DNA of 64,000 nucleotides, from positions 6,038 through 70,037 of the IMG/VR virus record IMGVR_UViG_3300046808_000337. The stretch is one strand, 5' to 3'. The notes under the pieces were generated by a model. The model had not been told where the DNA came from. It did not search any database and saw nothing but the letters and a program-made list of their open reading frames with translations. The stretch is from a virus. A program made the position numbers and the translations under genes. This document shows positions 37,092 through 45,913 of the stretch, in pieces; the stretch's first letter is position 1, and every line of letters begins with the position of its first letter.

Positions 37092-38087
37092 ATGAATTGG
37101 AACCTACAACAGCTATGGAATGAATGCGTTTATTCCCAACAACGTGCGCTAGAGCCACGCGATTATTGCTATGCATCAGAAATCGGACAGCCCCTTGTCG
37201 ATCGGTATCTGAAGATGAAGGCCGTCACGCCAACTAACCCGCCTAACATGCGCAGCCTCCGTAAGTTCGAGGCAGGCAACCTTGTCGAGTGGGTAGTGCG
37301 ATACGTGCTAGAGCGTGCCGGCATCATCTTCAACACACAGGAACGTGTCATGGTCGAGTACCCCAACATGCTCAAGGTGTCCGGACGTATCGACTTTCTA
37401 GCCGGTGGCCGCATCGACATCGAACGTGCCAAGCAAGACATCACATCGTCTCACCTGCCCGAGTCTATCCAAGCATCCTCCCTGTACATCGCCGAGAGGT
37501 TGTACGAGAAGTTCGGTGACAAGGAGCTAGAGACAAAGGTGCTGGAGATTAAGTCCTGCTCATCCTTTGTAATGGACATGATGGAGAAGACTGAGAAGCC
37601 TATCAAGCACCACCGCTTGCAGCTATTCCACTACATGAAGGGGCTCAACCTCAATGGTGAACTAGTGTACATATGCAAGGATGACCTCCGGATGATGTGC
37701 TTCCAATACGAGCCTACAGCCGAGCTGGAGCAGGAGTACCTCGCCGACCTCGCCGGCATCACCCACTACTTCACGTCTAACACACGCCCACCACTAGAGA
37801 AACTCATCATGGTGGAGGACGGCAAGTTCAAGAAAAACTTCGGCATCGAGTACAGCAACTACCTCAAGTTCCTGTACGACTTCGAGGAGCCACGCGACTA
37901 CGCCGACTCAGTCAAGTCACAGGTTGCACGTTGGACCCGCGTCATCGCACGCTACGCAAAGGGCGAGAAGATAACTGCCAAGAACGAAGAGGTACGCGCC
38001 GAGATCGAGGCAGCCGGATACAACTTCAGTCAGATCGTAGAGCAGGCCAAGAAGTTTGGCGTAACAGAAGAGGAAGAAGAAATCTAA
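37092..38087 (+). CDS. PD-(D/E)xK (Cas4/YqaJ-like) nuclease
   Basis: YASEIG, SGRID, LEIKS and Q..HY motifs. Confidence 0.75.
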   Translation: MNWNLQQLWNECVYSQQRALEPRDYCYASEIGQPLVDRYLKMKAVTPTNPPNMRSLRKFEAGNLVEWVVRYVLERAGIIFNTQERVMVEYPNMLKVSGRIDFLAGGRIDIERAKQDITSSHLPESIQASSLYIAERLYEKFGDKELETKVLEIKSCSSFVMDMMEKTEKPIKHHRLQLFHYMKGLNLNGELVYICKDDLRMMCFQYEPTAELEQEYLADLAGITHYFTSNTRPPLEKLIMVEDGKFKKNFGIEYSNYLKFLYDFEEPRDYADSVKSQVARWTRVIARYAKGEKITAKNEEVRAEIEAAGYNFSQIVEQAKKFGVTEEEEEI

Positions 38088-38099
38088 TCATCAAACCAC

Positions 38100-38318
38100 A
38101 TGAAGATACAAATCGAAACCAAGTTCTCCTTTGGAGACACAATCTTTTTCATCCAAGATGACAAGATTAAGTTCGGGGTGATGTACAAGATGGACGTCAC
38201 CCTTGAAGACAACGAACACAGGGTCTACCTCTACACACGAGACAACGATGGCGAGCTGTCGGTCGTGCCGGAGAGAAAGGCATTTATTTCACGAGAAAAG
38301 CTAATACAATCGCTATGA
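38100..38318 (+). CDS. Hypothetical SH3-like protein
   Basis: IETKFSFGDTIF. Confidence 0.55.
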   Translation: MKIQIETKFSFGDTIFFIQDDKIKFGVMYKMDVTLEDNEHRVYLYTRDNDGELSVVPERKAFISREKLIQSL

Positions 38319-38551
38319 AAATCAAAATCGAAAAGGGTGTGCCGATCCCTAAAACACGCGGCAACAGGAACATCTACCCGTTCAAAAAGATGAGCATAGG
38401 AGACTCGTTCTTTATCTCAGACAAGTCTAACCCGAAGAAGGCGCTGCGCAACGTGTGCTCGGCAGCCAGCTTCTTCAAAAAGAAGAACCCCAAGTACAAC
38501 TTCCATTCGAGGTCGTATGTCACCGGAGTTCGCGTGTGGAGGGTAGAATGA
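38315..38551 (+). CDS. Small basic putative DNA-binding phage protein
   Basis: IEKGVPIP..YPF..M.IGDSF...GVRVWR family. Confidence 0.6.
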   Translation: MKIKIEKGVPIPKTRGNRNIYPFKKMSIGDSFFISDKSNPKKALRNVCSAASFFKKKNPKYNFHSRSYVTGVRVWRVE

Positions 38552-38982
38552 AGCACAACGGAGTAATCACGCCACAGGGGGCATTGCGAATCTACAATCG
38601 CCCCCTCTTTGATGAGGAAGTCAGAGCCATGTCCCGTGAAAAGGACTTGGCTGTGACCATCGAAGTCAAGATGAAGAAACGTGTACGCTCCGACGTGCAG
38701 AACGCATACTATTGGGGCGTAGTCGTGTCGATGATAGTGGAAAGGCTCAGGGAGCTTGGCCATGACGTTGACCGCGACCTCGCGCATGAGTTCCTCAAGG
38801 GAAGATTCCTTTACTCTGAACTGACCGACCCGACCACCGGTGAAGTCATGAGAATCCCACGCAAAACGTCAGACCTGGCAACGGAGGAATTTATTGAGTA
38901 CATGGAACACGTCAAGCAGTTTGCTGCCGAGACGTTGGATATTTATATCCCAGACCCGAATGAGCAACTTGAGATAGGTTAA
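38548..38982 (+). CDS. NinB/YbcN-like recombination protein
   Basis: RS..QNAYYWG, HEFLK and TSDL.TEEF..Y.E motifs. Confidence 0.7.
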   Translation: MKHNGVITPQGALRIYNRPLFDEEVRAMSREKDLAVTIEVKMKKRVRSDVQNAYYWGVVVSMIVERLRELGHDVDRDLAHEFLKGRFLYSELTDPTTGEVMRIPRKTSDLATEEFIEYMEHVKQFAAETLDIYIPDPNEQLEIG

Positions 38983-39180
38983 ACCCTTGGTTCACTCAAA
39001 AGAAAAGAAGAGAAAAGAAACAAGTCAAGAAGAAACCTAAAGAGAAGAAAAGAAAAAGCCTCCCCCCGTGAAAAACAAACTACCCCGCCCCACAAAGGGG
39101 CAGCTACCCGATCCAACATACTCGCGTATGAAGTTTGCCTCTTGCACCGACAGGGCTGATTCGGGTGGTGGGGTTGGGGT

Positions 39181-39321
39181 AAAAAAAAAGCCCTCGTCTG
39201 GCTGGACCGAGGGCAATTCATAATAAGAATTTTAATTCTTATCTCCCACATTACACTGCCAGCCAGACACTGTAATGTGAGAACGCAACAAATGTATGGC
39301 GACCGCAACACGGAAGTCAAA
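39181..39321 (-). ncRNA. Antisense-strand promoter plus three-hairpin RNA ending in a terminator
   Basis: TTTG-N21-TACATTTG; hairpin 39244-39282, AT-rich hairpin 39223-39242, GCCCTCG/CGAGGGC-T9. Confidence 0.7.
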
Positions 39322-39377
39322 AGAAATAATTGCATAAACAACACACATAAGTTATCTTTGTAAAAAACAACAACGAA

Positions 39378-41194
39378 ATGAAAAAGCAAACAGCAGTAGA
39401 GTGGTTAACAGACCAACTTAGAATAGACGGCGGAACAATGCGAGACAAAGCATTAGCAATGGAGAAGGAGCAGATTGAAGATGCTTTTTTGGAAAGTCGA
39501 TTAATTCATCCAATGATTGGTTTCAAACACGAAGCATTTAACGATTACTTTAACGAAACATACGGAGGTGACAAATGACAATAGCACAGCGATTAAACAT
39601 CAAAGATTTTCCCTTTGTTGTCAGAGACAGCGGGGACAGGATTATTTACTACGAAAACAGCCACCATTTTTGGGAGATAAACGAATACGAACAAAGTGGG
39701 AAGCAAATCTATTACGAAAACAGCGAGGGGTTGATCGAAGACTACCGCCCCAAGCCAGAAGCCACAATACTCGGCCACTGGCATAAGGGGGGAAAGGTTG
39801 AAATGACCAAAGAGAAGATTGAAGAATGGCTTGACATGTATTCAAAACTAGAGAATCCATCAGTCTCGGACGCTACAAAAATGATGTGGGAAGATGTGGC
39901 AAAAATATTTTCAAAACAACTTAAAGGAGGTGAGCAAGAACATGACTGAGGAATTTAATTACTCATTAGTAGAGTGTGATATATGTAGAATCATGTGGGT
40001 TGCTGTTAGACCTATTGAAACATCAGAACTTGAATGTCCTAATTGTAATCACATGACATTTATTGAAGGAGGTGACAAATGAAAAGGCAAACAATAGCCG
40101 ATGTTATAGAAAGTGACTCATTCCAAAAAGCAATAAGAGACGCCATTGAGTGCGGGGAGCATAGGGACTGGGTGTACGATGGCGAAAACGAGTACGGCAT
40201 TGACACGTTCGATTCACAAGAAGCCCTAGAAGAGGTTATTAAGGTGATAAAAAAACATTTTACTTGACACAAATGAAAAACAAAAAAGTAGACTTTTATC
40301 AGGTTCCCAAGAACGAATGGCAGATGCCCATCGAGAAGGGATACAAGATGGCCTGTTGCGACTGCGGACTCGTCCACAGCATGGACTTCAAGGTGATTGA
40401 CCCAGACACCAACAAGGTCATTAAGAATGCGCGGGCAATCCTCAGAGCAAGAAGGCACGAGACATTGACAAAGCAGCTCAGAAAAAACAAATACTGAAAT
40501 AATATGAAAAAGCAAACAGCAGTAGAGTGGTTAATAGAGCAAATAGGATGGTATAATATCGAACTTTCATCTGAGTTGAGATTTGAAATAGATAAAGCCA
40601 AAACAATGGAGAAGGAGCAGATTGTTCATTGTTATGAGCAAGCCTATCGTGATGGATATATAGATAATGGTAAGTCTGGACAAGATTACTACAACGAAAC
40701 ATACGGAGGTGACAAATGAAGAATGTACGCATAGTTAAACGAACAATGCCAGACGGAAGGGTCTACTACTTTTATCAAGTGGAGAAGAAATTTCTATGGA
40801 AGCGTTGGTGGGCTGACTACTACGACGGATGGTATGCAAGAGACCTGTTTTATACCTTGGAAGAGGCTCAAGAGAATTTATGGTATGTACAAGAAATTAA
40901 ACCAATTGACGAAATAGTAGAAGGTGACGAATAAGTACACCACCTCCAAAATAAGTACACCAGTAAAAAATAACTTAAATGAAAGCAATACTTGAATTCA
41001 ACCTTCCTGAGGATCAGGAATACTTCGACATGGCAGTCAAAGCCCGCGAGATGGCCTACGCACTCAACGACATCAGAAACTACCTCAGAGGTAGAGTAAA
41101 GTACGAAGAGATGCCGGCTGAAAAGTGGGAGACCTGCGACGAGATATACCAAGAGTTTTTCAGATTACTAGAGCAAAACGACATCAAGCTATGA
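39378..41194 (+). other. Cassette-like array of small genes
   Basis: ORFs 39378-39578, 39575-39949, 39942-40082 (Zn ribbon), 40079-40267, 40273-40497, 40504-40719, 40716-40934 and 40979-41194; promoter TATCTTTG at 39353; two MKKQTAVEWL paralogues. Confidence 0.65.
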
Positions 41195-41649
41195 GCCCGT
41201 TACTATGCACCATAATCGTGTGGGGTGGTATGCACTACGCCACACCGGAGTGGATGGAGAAACAGATACCGGACTGGATGTGGTCAAGGTACGAGATACT
41301 CATCGCGCCCTACGGCACATCGCTTTCCGTCATCGATCCTACCATTGACTACGAGACCACGGCTCTGATAGGATTCAGTGCCGGAGGGATAGACGTACTG
41401 AAGAACTACGACAGCCGCTACGCCTTCATCGGACTGATAGACCCGTCAACGCGGCCATCGTTTCTTAACGGAACGTATGACAACGCGGCTATTGTGTACA
41501 ACCCCGCAGCGTGGGGTAGCAGCAACAAGTCTCTTGCGCCAATGGCCGACAGGATCAAGGCAACCGGAGGCGACGCGGAAAGGGTTCAGCTAAAGCATTC
41601 AGATATACCTAAATACTTTTTTAACAAATACTTTAAGCAACATGATTAA
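41191..41649 (+). CDS. Small alpha/beta hydrolase
   Basis: Nucleophile elbow LIGFSAGG, IDP, C-terminal H. Confidence 0.6.
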   Translation: MSPLLCTIIVWGGMHYATPEWMEKQIPDWMWSRYEILIAPYGTSLSVIDPTIDYETTALIGFSAGGIDVLKNYDSRYAFIGLIDPSTRPSFLNGTYDNAAIVYNPAAWGSSNKSLAPMADRIKATGGDAERVQLKHSDIPKYFFNKYFKQHD

Positions 41650-41917
41650 AATTTCAGACAAGCCATCCAAGCGGGTGGAGTACTTTACCGGAACGATAAC
41701 AATGGCCTTTCCGGGGGTCGAAAACAAAGTTTGGAACTTCACGGTCTTGCGTAGCACCAACGGAGTCACTACCTTTGCTGTAGAGGCAGACCATGAGCAG
41801 TTCAAACAATACTTCGAGCAAGATGGGGAGGAATGCTACTTCAAGGGCATTCTCGAAGAGACCGTCAAGGCGAACTTGGCTAAAGAACAGGCTGAGTGGA
41901 AACCTGCCGAAAAATAA
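41642..41917 (+). CDS. Hypothetical protein
   Basis: 91 aa, coupled. Confidence 0.55.
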   Translation: MIKISDKPSKRVEYFTGTITMAFPGVENKVWNFTVLRSTNGVTTFAVEADHEQFKQYFEQDGEECYFKGILEETVKANLAKEQAEWKPAEK

Positions 41918-41925
41918 CATAGCAT

Positions 41926-42465
41926 ATGAAGGAGAGGAGTAAGAAGTGCCGAATCTGTAGACAGGAATTTATTCCCAAGTACAGCACCATGCAGGCAACG
42001 TGTGAGAACATCGAGTGCATGATTGCCTACTCCTCCAAGCAGAAGGCCAAGAAGGTTAAGAGGGAGCTGAAGGAGGTCAAGGAGCGGAACAAGTCCGTGT
42101 CCCAGTGGCGCAAGGAACTACAGCAGGTGTTCAACCAATACATCCGGCTGAGAGACCAAGGGAAGGGATGCATATCTTGTGGTAAACAATTACAGGGCAA
42201 GTATGACGCCGGCCATTTTTATTCCGTCGGTTCCTACCCTAACCTTAGGTTTTCAGAGACGAACGTTCATGGACAATGTGTGGGCTGTAACCAGCACAAG
42301 CACGGTAACCTCCTTGAGTACGCCATTGGCATCGAGAGGCGCATAGGCAAGACCAAGTTGGAGGAGCTGAAGTCTATGCGGAATGACCGACTGAGCCTGC
42401 CGCTTGACAAGATAAAAGAATTAATATACCACTACAAAGACAAAGTAAAGGAGCTAAAAAAATGA
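41926..42465 (+). CDS. ninG: NinG/Rap recombination endonuclease
   Basis: FNQYIRLRD, CISCG, DAGH, LRF.E.NVHGQC..CN...HGN. Confidence 0.85.
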   Translation: MKERSKKCRICRQEFIPKYSTMQATCENIECMIAYSSKQKAKKVKRELKEVKERNKSVSQWRKELQQVFNQYIRLRDQGKGCISCGKQLQGKYDAGHFYSVGSYPNLRFSETNVHGQCVGCNQHKHGNLLEYAIGIERRIGKTKLEELKSMRNDRLSLPLDKIKELIYHYKDKVKELKK

Positions 42466-42508
42466 TTGAATCACCAACTTGGGAAGACCTAGGTTACGCT
42501 AATTTTGA

Positions 42509-42910
42509 ATGATGGACAAGACTAAGAACATTTACACCTTAATCATCCTTGCACTCAGTGTTGTGATCCTATTCGGAGTATTCTTTATGGTATTCCGGAT
42601 GGGCATTCTTCACACGAGCTCGGAGAATGAGACTGTGGCCATAGAAAGGCTGCATGAAATCAACGAGAAGTACATCGCACAGATGGACTCTAACCTGTTT
42701 ATCGTAACACAAACCAAGGCTGCCCTTGACTCCTTCATGGTGCAAGACCAGCAGCAGTTTGTTATGGAGCAGGAGCGCATAGAAAAAGCACAAAAAATTG
42801 TTTCACGAATACCCCGTATGTCAAATGACTCGCTTAAAACTTTATACGTTAACTCTTGGAATTATCTTCTCAACGAGTATCGCACCGGACGCTTGCGCCC
42901 AGCCGACTAG
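42509..42910 (+). CDS. Inner-membrane spanin-like protein
   Basis: N-terminal TM plus coiled coil; overlaps the next gene; adjacent to the endolysin. Confidence 0.5.
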   Translation: MMDKTKNIYTLIILALSVVILFGVFFMVFRMGILHTSSENETVAIERLHEINEKYIAQMDSNLFIVTQTKAALDSFMVQDQQQFVMEQERIEKAQKIVSRIPRMSNDSLKTLYVNSWNYLLNEYRTGRLRPAD

Positions 42911-43238
42911 CCCACAGCTCCCTAGGGAGGCTCAGGAAGTAATCTCAGCAGCCGCTGAGACCATCCGACAGGACAAGATGACGATCGAGTCCCGTTCGCA
43001 GCGTATTCAAATGATGCGCGATCAGTTAGAGGCTTGTCAAAAAGCCCTTGACTTAGCCATACAGAATGGCGACCTTTGTGAAGAGGTTCGTCAGAATCAG
43101 TTAGCGGAGATTCGTTTCTTGAAAGAACAATACGTCTTTATGAAATCTGAAATGAAGAAGGAAAGACGAAGAAAAATATTTTGGAAATGTGCAACGATCG
43201 TTACCGCTGGTACGTCGTTGTATCTGTTGTTGTTATAG
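42825..43238 (+). CDS. Second spanin-like component
   Basis: Signal-like N-terminus, coiled coil, C-terminal hydrophobic segment. Confidence 0.45.
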   Translation: MTRLKLYTLTLGIIFSTSIAPDACAQPTSPQLPREAQEVISAAAETIRQDKMTIESRSQRIQMMRDQLEACQKALDLAIQNGDLCEEVRQNQLAEIRFLKEQYVFMKSEMKKERRRKIFWKCATIVTAGTSLYLLLL

Positions 43239-43253
43239 TTGTTATTGTTGGTT

Positions 43254-43288
43254 AGGGGGGCTTCTATCGTGAGGCCCCCTTTTCTTTT
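43254..43288. terminator. Terminator at the convergence point
   Basis: AGGGGGGCTT/AGGCCCCCT followed by TTTCTTTT. Confidence 0.7.
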
Positions 43289-43877
43289 AACCCCTAAAAC
43301 GACTGGCTCTTTTCCACCTTGTGATGTGGACGTTCTTAGACAATGGCCGGATCTTGATATAGACACCATCCCGTGACCGTGAGTCACGCATCCCTTGCTC
43401 GTTGGTGTTGCCCTCTATTGTACGAATTGAATGGTCTCCTACGCGGTCTACGATACCCGTGTGACCTATGCCCTTATATCGGCCAGTGTTCTTAAACTTT
43501 TGGTACGACATAGTCATGACGAGTACATCTCCATCCCTAAAGGACTGATAGAACCTGCCGTCAGTAAAGATTACGTCTTTCCTGTTGTAAGCGGTAGGAC
43601 TCCATCCGGTTACCGTGCTTTCGATACCACACTCGTCGAGTATAGCGCGTACAAAGAAAGAACACCAAGCATAGCCTGGTTTCCATCCAACGTCAGCCAT
43701 CATTTTCTGTAGCTCGCGATCATTGAAGGCTTGGTTGTTACCTCCCTTCTCCTTGACCCCTACAAAGGAAGCGGCAGTGGCACGGACGCAGTAGCCGTCA
43801 TTATCAGCCACAATATGAATAGGAATGCTAAGAGCAAACCAAAGTAAACACAGACGTATAAGGTTATTCTTTGCCAT
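43287..43877 (-). CDS. CHAP-domain endolysin with N-terminal signal
   Basis: GVKE.GGNN, AWCSFFV, GHTGIV and TIEGNT motifs. Confidence 0.85.
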   Translation of the reverse strand: MAKNNLIRLCLLWFALSIPIHIVADNDGYCVRATAASFVGVKEKGGNNQAFNDRELQKMMADVGWKPGYAWCSFFVRAILDECGIESTVTGWSPTAYNRKDVIFTDGRFYQSFRDGDVLVMTMSYQKFKNTGRYKGIGHTGIVDRVGDHSIRTIEGNTNEQGMRDSRSRDGVYIKIRPLSKNVHITRWKRASRFRG

Positions 43878-44152
43878 GGCGTGGATGAGTATTCTAAGTC
43901 CAACTTGGCATTCTTCGAGTAGAAGTAGTTCTGCAAACCACGGAAGTTAAAGAACCCGCCAAGGAACACCACAAAGTTAGCAAAAACTAGGACAAGTGCC
44001 GCAAGGATTACCTGCTGAATGTACTCGATTGAGATGAGTCCATCACCAAAATACTCTGCGCTGTATGATCCAGCGAGGAGAAATAGAAAGAAGGCGAGTG
44101 GGATAGCCCACACGCCGTCAAACATCTGTAATTTTCTTAGTATCTTTTTCAT
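43760..44152 (-). CDS. Holin-like three-TM protein
   Basis: Three hydrophobic segments; overlaps the endolysin start. Confidence 0.55.
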   Translation of the reverse strand: MKKILRKLQMFDGVWAIPLAFFLFLLAGSYSAEYFGDGLISIEYIQQVILAALVLVFANFVVFLGGFFNFRGLQNYFYSKNAKLDLEYSSTPWQRITLYVCVYFGLLLAFLFILWLIMTATASVPLPLPL

Positions 44153-45258
44153 TACCAAAGAGATTTTTCCATTGTGTCAAGATCCAAGCAAGCACCTACC
44201 GTTTCGTTCTTACCCTGTGCAGGAAGGAACTCGAAGTCAAACACGAGTTTGCTGTCGGGTGGGTAAGTCAACGTATTAGTTGCTGAGTCATACTTCACCT
44301 CAGTACCCGCCTTGAGTTTGAGGGTTGTGTCTTGGTTAGACGCAAACATTCTGTTCCAAGCGGTTCCGTATACGTTGTCGCCTGGGGTTTTGAACTTCTC
44401 GTTGTACAACTTATAGCGACAAACAAAGTCCGGAAGGTTCTTACCATACGAGCTGATAAGGCTTGTAAACGGAATCTGAGAAGACAAGATACCATTGATA
44501 TAAGCCTCTCCCTTGATTGTGTTATCATCCACAATTACGATGTCGCTTGCAATGTTCAAGCAGTGTGTCTCATCGCTCTTGCGCTCAACGTGCCATGTGT
44601 GGCTATAGCATTCAGCGAGCTGGGTTTCGGTCATGCCAGCAAGATTGAGGAGCTGAGTGATCGTGTATCTTGGGAATGTACGGCTGAACTTGTTGAGTTT
44701 AACCCCGTCAAACGTAGACGTTTTAACGTATTCACGACGCAGGATCGAGCGAGTCACCGTGTTTGGATCGTGCGGCACAGGTTCCCCGGTGCGAGTCACG
44801 TTGTCTCCCTGCTCCCAATAGAACTTGTAGTCGTATCCATTGGCTGTAGGCACGATGTGGATCTCTGACCATCCGATCCAGCCCTTCAAAGGAGTTTCGC
44901 GAAGCACGATGTTACCCGAAGCGTCGTTGGTATACAAGTGGTCGATCTCTGTGAACGGCTTGTAAAGTTTGAAAGAACCATTGCTCATGTCAACAATGTC
45001 GTATTGACCCCAGTGGATGTGGCCAGCCGCTAAGTTGAGCGGGTACACACCAAACAGAGAAACGCTAGTCTCAACGGTAAACGTAGAAGTGCGCGTTGGC
45101 TCCATCTTTCCTGTGGTAGGGTTCTTCACCATCTTGGTAAAGTCGTTGATGCGGTTCTCTACAAGCGACTTTACAGAACGCTTGTTAACCTGTCCATTGA
45201 TAGCCCCCATCTCTGACGGGAGGTTCAGTAGTCGAAGTGTTTTATCTAAGTTTTGCAT
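44152..45258 (-). CDS. Hypothetical protein
   Basis: 368 aa with its own promoter TATATTTG (45282-45275). Confidence 0.6.
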   Translation of the reverse strand: MQNLDKTLRLLNLPSEMGAINGQVNKRSVKSLVENRINDFTKMVKNPTTGKMEPTRTSTFTVETSVSLFGVYPLNLAAGHIHWGQYDIVDMSNGSFKLYKPFTEIDHLYTNDASGNIVLRETPLKGWIGWSEIHIVPTANGYDYKFYWEQGDNVTRTGEPVPHDPNTVTRSILRREYVKTSTFDGVKLNKFSRTFPRYTITQLLNLAGMTETQLAECYSHTWHVERKSDETHCLNIASDIVIVDDNTIKGEAYINGILSSQIPFTSLISSYGKNLPDFVCRYKLYNEKFKTPGDNVYGTAWNRMFASNQDTTLKLKAGTEVKYDSATNTLTYPPDSKLVFDFEFLPAQGKNETVGACLDLDTMEKSLW

Positions 45259-45284
45259 GAGTGGATTGTTTGTGCAAATATAAG

Positions 45285-45911
45285 CTATGAAAGCGATATT
45301 GAGCTAACCGGAGGCGGCTGAGTTGGCATAATGTACCAGTTATTACAGTTTGTCACAGTGCCTTTATACGTCCACAAGGTACACGCAGCAGAGCTGTCGA
45401 TGTCCGTCACGTTCAGGTAGTCTATGTATTGGGTATTAGTCCCGTTGTTTACTAGCGTCAAAGACCGCTGGGTTCCTGGTACACTTGACCTTAAGGCAAT
45501 AGATCCCGCAGGAGTCCCAAACGCAGTCAGTCCTGCCGTCAAAATCATTGCGTCTGCAAGCTGAATGGTTGTGCTGATTGTACCAAAACGAAGGATACAG
45601 CCGATGGTTGCCCCTGCTGATATTATAGTGGAGTTTGTGCTTATGGTTATGTCAGAGGTTCCGCTTATGTTATTCGAGGCCGATAAGGTCACGTTGCCCC
45701 CGACCGTAAGCCTAGTGTTGACGATCAGGTTTCCTGTGTATCCGGTGGTAACAAGTGATAGAATTGTGGCTGTTGCCACTGTAATTGTGCATTGGCCGTT
45801 GTTAGTTCCGGTAAACACAACGTCATCCCCCGCAACAGGGACTCCGCCTGCCCAACTTGCGGCAGTATTCCATGTTGAGGCTACATTTGATATCCAAGTT
45901 TTTGTTGGCAT
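45285..45911 (-). CDS. Beta-helix-like tail accessory protein
   Basis: W....W.GGVP.AGDDV.F N-terminus; paralogous to the 45914-47734 gene. Confidence 0.55.
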   Translation of the reverse strand: MPTKTWISNVASTWNTAASWAGGVPVAGDDVVFTGTNNGQCTITVATATILSLVTTGYTGNLIVNTRLTVGGNVTLSASNNISGTSDITISTNSTIISAGATIGCILRFGTISTTIQLADAMILTAGLTAFGTPAGSIALRSSVPGTQRSLTLVNNGTNTQYIDYLNVTDIDSSAACTLWTYKGTVTNCNNWYIMPTQPPPVSSISLS

Positions 45912-45913
45912 GA

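Noticed and set aside
39120-39389. Full 136-aa minus-strand ORF 38979-39389
   Set aside because: Runs through a promoter and a terminator; only the last 46 codons are plausible
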